DNA of 64,000 bases from Rhynchopus sp. YZ270_cl-10 (taxonomy: Eukaryota), in the NCBI GenBank assembly GCA_964035575.1, contig OZ037839.1, forward strand, positions 186,001-250,000, in the 5' to 3' direction. Positions within the stretch are counted from its first letter, which is position 1; each line of letters begins with the position of its first letter. A program made the position numbers and the translations under genes. Under the pieces are notes generated by a model. That model saw only the letters and a list, made by a program, of their open reading frames with translations. It did not search any database and was not told the DNA's origin. Positions 10,701 to 19,323 of the stretch are shown here, piece by piece.

Positions 10701-13483
10701 GTGGGTGGTGCTTGAGTGGTCGCATCCACACACACGTAGTCGAACTCAAGTCTTGACCACCCGTTGTAGTAAGTACTTCTGAACTGCACAAACGCAGAAC
10801 CGTTCAGCACAACATCCATGGGACTCTCGTAATAGTTGAACCTCTTCTCCAAGGTGAAGTCTGTTCCATTTCCAGAATCGTTCCCTGATGTGTACAGGTC
10901 CAGGTAGGAATTATAGTACAGCTGCAGGTTGGAGAACGAGATGACAACATCCTTGTCACACTCAATGTGCCAGCACTCCGTGTGGTAGCTGTCGTAGTTC
11001 TGAAAGCTCACGTTCCCAGTCACATTGTCCCCCAAGTCGTTGTGCTCCTCACAGACGTAGCTCACACCAGGTGCACGTGTGTCCGGCACATCTGTGGGTG
11101 GTGCTTGAGTGGTCGCATCCACACACACGTAGTCGAACTCAAGTCTTGACCACCCGCTGTACCAAGAGCTTCTGAACTGCACAAATGCGGAACCGTTCAG
11201 CACAACATCCATGGGACTGTCGTAATAGTTGAACCTCTTCGCCAAGGTGAAGTCTGTTCCCTTTCCAGAATCGTTCCCTGATGTGTACAGGTCCAGGTAA
11301 GAATTGGTGTACAGCTGCATGGTGGAGAACGAGATGACAACATCCTTGTCACACTCAATGTGCCAGCACTCTGTGTGGTAGCTGTCGTAGTTCTGAAAGC
11401 TCACGTTCCCAGTCACATTGTCACCCAGGTCGTTGTGCTCCTCACAGACGTAGTTAACACCAGGTGCACGTGTGTCCGGCACATCTGTTGGCGGTGCTTG
11501 AGTGGTCGCATCCACACACACGTAGTTGAGATCAAATCTTGACCCGGTGTAGTAATTGCTTCTGAACTGCACAAATGCCGAACCGTTCAGTACAACATCC
11601 ATGGGACTGTCGTAATAGTTGAACCTCTTCTCCAAGGTGAAGTCTGTTCCATTTCCAGAATCGTTCCCTGATGTGTACAGGTCCAGGTTGGAGCGGTAGG
11701 ACAGATACATGGTGGAGAACGAGATGACAACATCCTTGTCACACTCAATGTGCCAGCACTCCGTGTGGTATGTGTCGTAGTTCTGAAAGCTCACGTTCCC
11801 AGTCTCATTGTCCCCCAGGTCGTTGTGCTCCTCACATACGTAGTTCACACCAGGTGCACGTGTGTCCGGCACATCTGTGGGTGGTGCTTGAGTGGTCGCA
11901 TCCACACACACGTAGTCGAACTCAAGTCTTGACCACCCGTTGTAGTAAGTACTTCTGAATTGCACAAAAGCCGAACCGTTCAGCACAACATCCATGGGAG
12001 TCTCGTAAGCATAATTGTTCAAGATCTTCTCCAAGGTGAAGTCTGTTCCATTTCCAGAATCGTTCCCTGATGAGTACAGGTCCAGGTAGGAATAGGTGTA
12101 CAACTGAATGGTGGAGAACGAGATGACAACATCCTTGTCACACTCAATGTGCCAGCACTCTGTGTGGTAGCTGTCGTAGTTCTGAAAGCTCACGTTCCCA
12201 GTCACATTGTCCCCCAAGTCGTTGTGCTCCTCACAGACGTAGTTCACACCAGGTGCACGTGTGTCCGGCACATCTGTGGGTGGTGCCTGAGTGGGTACCA
12301 CATCCACACACACGTAGTCGAACTCAAGTCTTGACCACCCGTTGTAGTTATTGCTTCTGAACTGCACAAACGCAGAACCGTTCAGCACAACATCCGTAGG
12401 ACTGTCGTAATTGTTGAACCTCTTCGCCAAGGTGAAGTCTGTTCCATTTCCAGAATCGTTCCCTGATGTGTACAGGTCCAGGTAGGAATAGGTGTACAGC
12501 TGCAGGTGAGAGAACGAGATGACAACATCCTTGTCACACTCAATGTGCCAGCACTCCGTGTGGTAGCTGTCGTAGTTCTGAAAGCTCAAGTTCCCAGTCA
12601 CATTGTCCCCCAGGTCGTTGTGCTCCTCACAGACGTAGCTCACACCAGGTGCACGTGTGTTCGGCGCATCAGAAGCGTACGGCACACAGGCAAACGACGA
12701 CGACCATTCACCCTCGCCTGTCTCGTTCGTGCTGTTTGCACCTTGACACTGCAGAAAGCCCTGTGTTGCGTACCCAGGCTCGCACTCCACAGAGCACGCT
12801 TGTCCGACGTAAGAATCATTGCAGTCGTAACCCGGCAGCACGTGGTCAAGCAGGTGTGCAGGAGGCGACGAGCAACGTGTGTTCAGGTCTGCGAAGGCAA
12901 GGTTCCAGTGCACTGAGCTCGACATCGCACAAGGCATGTGTGATTCGTGTGAGTTCCACGTCACAGCGAGTGGTGCTGCACCGCCACTGGGACTGCCGTC
13001 AATCCACACCTCGTGCACACCAACGTTGTCTACCTTCACAATTGCAGCATGCCACGAGGCGAGGGTGTTTCCGGGGTAGCACACCTCAAGAGAATCGTGG
13101 CCAAACCTCATCTCACCGAGACGGGCAGTTGTGCCTGATTGGTAGCATACCACGCTGCTGTTGTTGGGGAAGGCCTGGCGATATGCACCGTCCAGATACA
13201 GGGAGATGTTATTGCAGCTTTGGAAGACGTCCGCAATGTCGTCCACAGTTCTGTTGTCGCTCGTCGCCCTGCAGGACTGAAAGTCGGTTGTGCTGAGGTT
13301 CGCACCGCTCTCTGGGTCCACTACATTGAGCACAGACGTAGTGTCCGTCTCAGTGTACCCGTGATACGTCCCAAACCAGAGGGTGACGTAGCCAGGCTGC
13401 TCCTCTGACTGTGAAGAGCACACCGTCATGATGTGTGCCTCCGTGCTTACACACAGCAGCGCTGCCAAGCATGCGCGCAGCAT
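7754..13483 (-). CDS. Secreted protein, 1909 aa: signal peptide, unique N-terminal domain, Sushi/CCP-like module, 10 CUB-like repeats with Pro/Thr linkers, C-terminal WD40 propeller
   Basis: Long ATG ORF. Hydrophobic leader MLRACLAALLCVSTEA. Repeats show CUB-like C..C-W-I-C..V.ISF..YLDLY..VQFRS..F.Y.C pattern. WD40 repeats such as VAFSWDGRRVATGSADRFVRVFD and FSPDGTRLATVSRDGTLVVW. Confidence 0.9.
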   Translation of the reverse strand: MLRACLAALLCVSTEAHIMTVCSSQSEEQPGYVTLWFGTYHGYTETDTTSVLNVVDPESGANLSTTDFQSCRATSDNRTVDDIADVFQSCNNISLYLDGAYRQAFPNNSSVVCYQSGTTARLGEMRFGHDSLEVCYPGNTLASWHAAIVKVDNVGVHEVWIDGSPSGGAAPLAVTWNSHESHMPCAMSSSVHWNLAFADLNTRCSSPPAHLLDHVLPGYDCNDSYVGQACSVECEPGYATQGFLQCQGANSTNETGEGEWSSSFACVPYASDAPNTRAPGVSYVCEEHNDLGDNVTGNLSFQNYDSYHTECWHIECDKDVVISFSHLQLYTYSYLDLYTSGNDSGNGTDFTLAKRFNNYDSPTDVVLNGSAFVQFRSNNYNGWSRLEFDYVCVDVVPTQAPPTDVPDTRAPGVNYVCEEHNDLGDNVTGNVSFQNYDSYHTECWHIECDKDVVISFSTIQLYTYSYLDLYSSGNDSGNGTDFTLEKILNNYAYETPMDVVLNGSAFVQFRSTYYNGWSRLEFDYVCVDATTQAPPTDVPDTRAPGVNYVCEEHNDLGDNETGNVSFQNYDTYHTECWHIECDKDVVISFSTMYLSYRSNLDLYTSGNDSGNGTDFTLEKRFNYYDSPMDVVLNGSAFVQFRSNYYTGSRFDLNYVCVDATTQAPPTDVPDTRAPGVNYVCEEHNDLGDNVTGNVSFQNYDSYHTECWHIECDKDVVISFSTMQLYTNSYLDLYTSGNDSGKGTDFTLAKRFNYYDSPMDVVLNGSAFVQFRSSWYSGWSRLEFDYVCVDATTQAPPTDVPDTRAPGVSYVCEEHNDLGDNVTGNVSFQNYDSYHTECWHIECDKDVVISFSNLQLYYNSYLDLYTSGNDSGNGTDFTLEKRFNYYESPMDVVLNGSAFVQFRSTYYNGWSRLEFDYVCVDATTQAPPTAAPDTRAPGVSYVCEEHNDLGDNVTGNVSFQNYDTYHTECWHIECDKDVVISFSHLQLYTYSYLDLYTSGNDSGNGTDFTLAKRFNNYDSPMDVVLNGSAFVQFRSTYYYGWSRLEFNYVCVDATTQAPPTDVPDTRAPGVSYVCEEHNDLGDNVTGNVSFQNYDSYHTECWHIECDKDVVISFSHLQLYTYSYLDLYTSGNDSGNGTDFTLAKRFNNYDSPMDVVLNGSAFVQFRSTYYYGRSRLEFDYVCVDATTQAPPTDVPDTRAPGVSYVCEEHNDLGDNVTGNVSFQNYDTYHTECWHIECDKDVVISFSTLQLYTYSYLDLYTSGNNSGNGTDFTLEKRFNNYDGPMDVVLNGSAFVQFRSTYYYGWSRLEFDYVCVDATTQAPPTDVPDTRAPGVSYVCEEHTDLNNATGNASFQISLRPGGYYTRTRCWHIECDKDVVISFSTMNLYSSSYVDVYTSGNDSGNGTDFSLVKRYNYYDSPTDVVVHGSAFVQVRSNYYYAQLRVDFNYACVDATTQAPPSPAPNTRAPGVNYVCEAHNDRTGTGYVNFENYNSSHTECWHIECDYDVVLKFSDIQLYYYSYVSIYSSGTGAGNDTNFNLEHDWSSYTTGLEGVELVVSGSAFVQFRSTYYHGRSYLAFQYECRAPTPPPQEQCGVDTVPQRCGRGTSRACAFEVRHPARLLSVAFSWDGRRVATGSADRFVRVFDARTGVRVGQMGCADGFRVHDIAFSPDNNLVALAGEGGRVVVCDAATGVLEATLVDMSASGSTPVHRVEFTRDGRYVVSGGGQDARTRVFDMLASDRTKASSVINHHARNVGFSVDGAHLATVRGSEVDEVTTVWGLDGTSAVELPSVAARVTALSFSSFGGNALLRGMSDGTILVSQLPGSSIGDGSAVDGVSLSMLSGAVHDSKFSRDGKMIAAVGEGDVMVWSHDGSVLHDLLGHSQAVLPRLDFSPDGTRLATVSRDGTLVVWKL
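8745..12660 (-). repeat. Intragenic tandem array, ~393-bp unit x10 (CUB-like)
   Basis: Anchor ACACCAGGTGCACGTGTGT (one variant) recurs every ~390-400 bp. Confidence 0.95.
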
Positions 13484-13544
13484 TGTCTTTTGTTGTGTCC
13501 ACAGAATATCTGGTGTTGTGTTGTTGTTGTGTTGTGGGGTTTTA

Positions 13545-14288
13545 TGATCGTACTCCTAGTGGTCAAAAGAAATCAAATAAAAGCAGAAGGTGAGAGTGAG
13601 GGAGGAATCTGCTTTAAAGAAAAGGCCTCCGAAACCTTCGCAACTACAGCACTTCAACTACTCAAAAACAACAGCAACGCGGACCGCAAAAGGCGTGGTC
13701 AGAAAGAAGCTATTTTACATAGAGTACAGAGCAAACGGTCTGTGATAACGCAAAAGTAGGTTTTAAAAAAGGGGAAACATTTTTTGTTAAGCGTCAGTAG
13801 TCGACGTCGGCTGGTCTAGGTAAACCTCTTTTGTCCCACCCAAAAAAGAAGTTTTTTTATTTTTCGTTCAAGATGATTATAAGGGGATTTCACAGCTTTT
13901 TGGGGGTTTCAAAAAAGCTTGGAGCAACTCGGTCATGAGGTAAAAAGTTTATTTTACTACATTTGCATGCCCGAAGAGTACTGATCACAGGTTTGCACCG
14001 CAATCGCAATCAAAGTGAAAAAGATAGTCATCAGGGGAAGTCAATCAACAACTCGGAATTGAAGTGCAGCCGTGTCCGTTGCTGCAGCAGTGCCAACATT
14101 TGGACAAGCACCGTAGTCTGCGCGTCTATCGACACCTTCTCCACACACTCACGCGGTCAAGGCTTCTCGAGGAACTGTTGATGTACTTCTCTGACTCGTT
14201 GGTGGGTAACAAAAAATGGGGCAGGGGAAAGAAAGTGGAGTGCGGTGAAAGTGTTGTTAAAACAGAGAAATTGAAACCGCACCCTACT
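13545..14288 (+). repeat. Shared intergenic block A (segmental duplication)
   Basis: Highly similar copies at ~19585-20530, 23160-23525 (partial), 47980-48485 and 53220-54660. Confidence 0.85.
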
Positions 14289-14324
14289 TTTCCTTTTTAT
14301 GTTTCCCCACCCCCACAAACAATA

Positions 14325-15052
14325 ATAGCTATTTATTCGTCTGAGGAAATATTCACTTTTCCTCACACGAGTGTACCTTTCAGAAACGAGTGGCATTTTA
14401 CCCCACGAGCGAAGCGAGTGGGATAAAGTCAGCCACGAGTTTCTGAAAGGGCACGAGTGGAGGGAAAGTGAATATTTCACCAGAATATATAGTTTTCTCA
14501 ACTGAAGGAAAAGTAGTTTTAAGTAAACCCCGTGGAAGAAATGTGGGATGAATATGCAGAAAAAAAAAGACGATTTTTTGGTGAAAATATTTTTCACAGA
14601 AAATCGAATTTTTCTATTAAGATTGGCTCTGCTCGACACCCAGTAAGGCTACTATGGGCCCCATGGGACATTTTGGCCCGAATACCAGGCCGTATTTTCA
14701 AAAGATTGATAATCCCAGTATATGGTATAGCCCTGTGGTACCAAATTTTTGGCCGAAAAAATGGACCAAAAAATGGCCATGTTGGTCACGGTGACAAAAT
14801 GTGAAGCAGAGATATCAAAATGACCCACTCTCCCACCCAATTTTTTTTTTCGACCCCCCCTCTACTTTTCCTCACACCAAAAAAAGCCTCACACATAGGC
14901 TTTTTTCTACACAAACCCCAGCCAAAAATTATTGCTACTTTTCCAAATTGCGTGAGGAAAAGTGGCTATGTGTGAGGAAAAGTGAATTTATCCTCACACT
15001 TCTTCCACGGGGTTTGCTCAGAGCTACTTTTCCTCAGTTGAGAAAAGCAATA
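14325..15052. mobile_element. Non-autonomous element with terminal ~130-bp hairpin plus an inverted-repeat pair
   Basis: Absent from the paralogous site at ~20520-20545. Hairpin 14346-14478 centred on GCGAAGC. IR pair ~14493-14550 / ~14990-15046. Confidence 0.7.
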
Positions 15053-15507
15053 AAAACAATAAAGACAAAAGGGAGAGGTTGTGGTGAAACGTACACACCT
15101 CGACCTGTCGGTGAAATGTGGCTCTACTCCAACCCGCTCTGGATTAGAAAAATGGAAAAAGGATGGGAGTAGGGTACGGTGTTCAATTTCCTTTTAGCAT
15201 TGCATGGGATCATATAAAAAAAAGAGCGAATTTGGGAGAAACACTCTTTTCAGACACAGTTACGGTGGAAATAAAGTATGTATATATTAAAACAATAAGA
15301 TAGAAGAGCCAGTATTTATGTCTGAACTACACACACAATTCCAATCATTCGAGCCGAAGACACCCAAACATTTCGGCTTGTATTATTTCCTTACAACCGT
15401 AAGCGTACCGCTTCGTCTGTTGTATACAAAATAATAAAACCTACATTCTTGAGGTGTTCTATACGAAATGATTTTCAAATCAATTTTTTTCAGGGGTAAT
15501 TATCATA

Positions 15508-17402
15508 ACACCCACGTTACTAATACCCATTTACGATAATACCCACTGGGTATTATCGTAAACTTTTTGGGTATTATCGTAAACTTTTTGGGTATTAGTA
15601 ACGTGGGTGGATGTAATATTACCCAGGTTGGGTAGTACCCAGGTACACAGGCACCCAGGCACCCAGGTACCCAGGTACCCAGGTACCCAGGTGCCCAGGT
15701 ACCCAGGTACCCAGGTCCAGGTCCAGGAACAGGAAAAAAGTCGTGAAAGAGCAACCACAGCTCCACATGACAAACACAAAAGTGTCCAGTCACATGGGGC
15801 ATTCATGCACTGAGGAGATAATGATCCAACAATTTACAAGAAAGATTACTTAACCTACTGCTGGAAATTGCCAGGTCGTAGTAACACACAAAGTGTGCCT
15901 CCGTTCGGGAAGACCGGATATTCTAGAGACCAAAAAGGCCTCAAGAATATCTTCCGGTAGTCAAGGTAGAACCGAGTGAACGGCCCAAGACCCCCGTGGA
16001 GAAGTTAAATGTTGTAATGCTATCAGGTAGAAACTGCGAACACTGTCTTACCCTCCTCAATGCATGGTGGAAGATGTCTTACACAACCAATATCCTGTAC
16101 CCAGGTACCCATATTCCCAGACCCACGCAGTACCACGTCGCAGTACTACGCAAAATTTACCACCAGACCCTGTCTTCGTGCACCTTAAGTACAACGCCGC
16201 AGACAGGCCAAACATGCGTTGGACTCAGAGGAATGCCCGCTGTGCAGGTATCATGAGAACCAACTCCCAGCAACAAGGGGCGCCTTTTGGCGGGCGTTGT
16301 TGAGGGTGTTTGGGGTGCAAAGTTTTCCACAATTTTGATGCGCGGGTACAGAAGTGTTGTCTTGTTCTTTCATCTCTAGGAATGTAAATGTCAATCGCGT
16401 TTAACTACCACTAGGGCTTGTTCAGTGAACCCACAAGGGGTCGAAGGGGGTTGGTTATCCCATATCTATCAAAGGTTGTGTCGACCAGGCGAAACCACTA
16501 TGTTACGCTGTACGTTGTTAAATCCGAAGAAATAACACTTTAGCAGCCACAGGAAGTTTGCTAAAAAGAGTGCCTCACGCTACACAAACCACCACCCGCG
16601 ATTGACTTAGATGTTATAACAAAGAGAATTCAGAACAAAACAACACCCTGCCCCATACACACTAAATTGTCATGCTTCAAGAACATGCCTGGGCCAAAAT
16701 TACTATGACGAAAAGGCAACAAGACCACCCACAAGGAGTGTGAAATGTGCACTGGTTTTCTGGGGGAACGCAATATTTTCTTGTGTCTAGTCCTCCGCGA
16801 GCAGAGGACAGACTTTCCGGAAGGTTGCCAAAGTCGAATTTCTTGCACTAGCTATGCTCCCTGGGTTAATGGCTATAGCAGTGACTGACTAAATGTTCCC
16901 ACCCAGGTCTTCGTATGTTGAGGTGTAGAATGTCGGAGACGGAGAAGCGCAATCGCTGATGCAGTTCAGATTTCGCGATCCTGTGATGAGTGTAAATGTG
17001 GGTGTAATTAAGTTATGTCGCTTGGAGAAAGATTAATTGTTAATTGTCAAGAAAAATGGTTACCCTGAATTTGAGGATGTAAGACAGGGATGCAAAAAGT
17101 TGTGTAAAAAAAACCCCCCCTCCATATATTTAGTGAAAATTGTATTTTCTCTGGGGTCGATGAAACCATACCTTGTCTGCACATTCACCAGCGTGCGAGC
17201 GCCTCTGATACCTTGCGCGAGTAGCCAGCTAAATCACATCGTACCTGGGTACCTGGGTAATACCCAAAAAGTTTACGATAATACCCAAAACTAATACCCA
17301 AATAGTTTACGATAATACCCAAAAACTTTACGATAATACCCAAAAAGTTTACGATAATACCCAGTGGGTATTATCGTAAATGGGTATTAGTAACGTGGGT
17401 GT
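15508..17402. mobile_element. TA-flanked non-autonomous TIR element (~1.9 kb), Tc1/mariner-like
   Basis: Long TIR ACACCCACGTTACTAATACCCATTTACGATAATACCCACTGGGTATTATCG... at both ends, TA on both sides. Internal GGTACCCA repeats at ~15635-15725. Confidence 0.8.
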
Positions 17403-18675
17403 TATAGTCATTTTCCCTTTTTTTCAAATGAAAAACGCTAATAACTTTTTGACCCCCTCTGTAAGTGTTGGTTGAATTGGAGTCGGGGAGCACAAGCAAA
17501 GGGCAATGAAAGGAAAACAATGAGTAAAACAATAAGATAGAAGAGCCAGTATTTAAGTCTGAACTACACACACAATTTCAATCATTCGAGCCGAAGACAC
17601 CCAAACATTTCGGCTTGTATTATTTCCTTACAACCGTACGCGTTCCGCTTCGTCTGTTGTATACAAATAAAAATGAACGAAGCACAAAAACCAGCGCGTG
17701 TGGAAGAAAAAAGAAAAGGGAAAATATCATTTCTGATTCACAGTGGTGTTTATGTTTTGGGTACGGGGCGGAGAATACAATATGTTCGATAAAAGCAACG
17801 CAAGCTTTTTGTTTTATCTTGTTCAAAAATGCTCGAGAGACTCGTTACTCTTTGCTTGTTGCTCAAAAGGCTGAAAACGGGGAGAGGAAAAATTGAGGTT
17901 GTTTGTTGTTCGCTTCCCCTTTTTTTTCTTCGACTTGATAACGGTAAATACGCAGATTTACGGTTTGAATGTGTTTGCCTGAAGTACAGAAAGTGTTGTG
18001 GAGCACAGGGGGGAAAGAGAGGAGGGAAAACAAGCGGGGAGGTGGATACGCAGAACGCGCGGCTTTTCACGAGGGGTCTCGAGCATTTTGTCAAATACTA
18101 CGTGTTTACTAAATAAAAATCACCCCAAAAGCAAAGTATAATGCGGCGGGGTTATTTTTGTTGGAGCTATTTATTGGAAAAAAAAAACTACGATAGACGT
18201 TCTAAGATAGGAGCTGGTGTCATGTAGGGTGGGAGGAGAGGGCAGGCAAAGGCCAGAGGCAGTAAGCTTGCATGTTGTCAGTTCTTCTTGAAACCTTGGT
18301 TGCATGAATGGAGACTGAATTGTTGCCGTAATCAATTGTGTGTCTCTTTTGGAGACCGTGATTGCATCATATGGTCTGTCCACACAGGTCAAAAACAAAG
18401 TTACGCAGAAAAGTCGACAACGATTCCAGAACAAATGCAACACGGTAGTATCATTCATCAACCCTTGGTGTTCAAAAGGAAACAAAAACACACACGCTTG
18501 TCACCTAGTTTTGTGACAATAAATGCCCACCCCCTCCAGAACCCGACCACTAAAAATAGGGGTGCAACAAACATGTGTACAACAACTAGTATAGTATAGT
18601 ATTGTGGGGTCGCACAATTACTGTTGACGAACTGTCTTTTTGTTCAACTAACCTTGGGAGAAAAGTCCCGGTGGG

Positions 18676-19323
18676 TCAGATAGTGCCTGATATATTATTT
18701 CTTTCCATTTCATTTCCAAAAACCTCCTCCAGATCGACGGTCTTTAGGACCGGGATTTCTTCGTATTGAGGGTCTTCGGGGTCTGCTGTGCACTGCAAAA
18801 GCAGTGCGTTCACCAAGGCAAGCACCGCACAGGTTGCCACTGCGGGGAGCGCGTAGGAGAGGCGGAAGAGGGTGCTGAGCTGGATCATCTTCCCCTCAGG
18901 GCCACAGGGCTGTGTTTGGATGTAGAGTGTCGACAAGAAGAAGGAGGCCATGATCAGGGAGGCCGAGCATCCCGCAAAGACAAACGACACCATGCCCGCA
19001 TGCTTCGCCGTAGATGCCGCAAGACTCAGAACAACTGCTGCAACTGCTGCACACACCCCAACAAACACCGACATATCTGCCGCCCTTGCCAATGCCAGGT
19101 GCTCATCGCATCCGTTCATCGAAATAAACCCAGCCGGATCCGTCCACGTCCGCCCCAAGCTGTCGTGGTGTACTCCAAGCGCAAATCCTTCCGCAACCTC
19201 CGTCTGATTCTCCTGAGGCAGAAGGAAGGACCGTCCATCCCCATATGCAGCACTCAGCAAAGCTACCACCACCAGACCGGAGAACGATGCTGCGATGAAG
19301 ACAGGGTCAATGGAGGGCGACAT
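18676..19323 (-). CDS. Amastin-like / claudin-fold 4-TM membrane protein, 215 aa
   Basis: Four hydrophobic segments. Cys before TM2 (C-DEHLALARAA) and Y..C between TM3 and TM4, the amastin-type layout. ORF conserved in the tandem copy. Confidence 0.65.
   Translation of the reverse strand: MSPSIDPVFIAASFSGLVVVALLSAAYGDGRSFLLPQENQTEVAEGFALGVHHDSLGRTWTDPAGFISMNGCDEHLALARAADMSVFVGVCAAVAAVVLSLAASTAKHAGMVSFVFAGCSASLIMASFFLSTLYIQTQPCGPEGKMIQLSTLFRLSYALPAVATCAVLALVNALLLQCTADPEDPQYEEIPVLKTVDLEEVFGNEMERNNISGTI

Noticed and set aside
9540..12660. DGR-like pattern: variable codons often look like AAY changed at adenines (AAC->TAC/AGC/ACC, AAT->TAT/CAT/ACT)
   Set aside because: No reverse transcriptase or template repeat in the window, exceptions exist (TGG, ACG, indels), and selection plus gene conversion explains it
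8745..12660. Repeat arrays as CRISPR
   Set aside because: Units are in-frame protein repeats or pure satellites with no unique spacers, no cas genes, eukaryotic context
7372..13408. Many plus-strand and alternate-frame ORFs overlapping the CUB-WD40 genes (likewise at 39-41, 45-47 and 50-52 kb, and over the amastin-like genes)
   Set aside because: Antisense or frame shadows of GC-rich coding sequence
13963..14181. 72-aa ORF repeated four times in block A
   Set aside because: Non-ATG start, no motif. Conservation reflects recent duplication.
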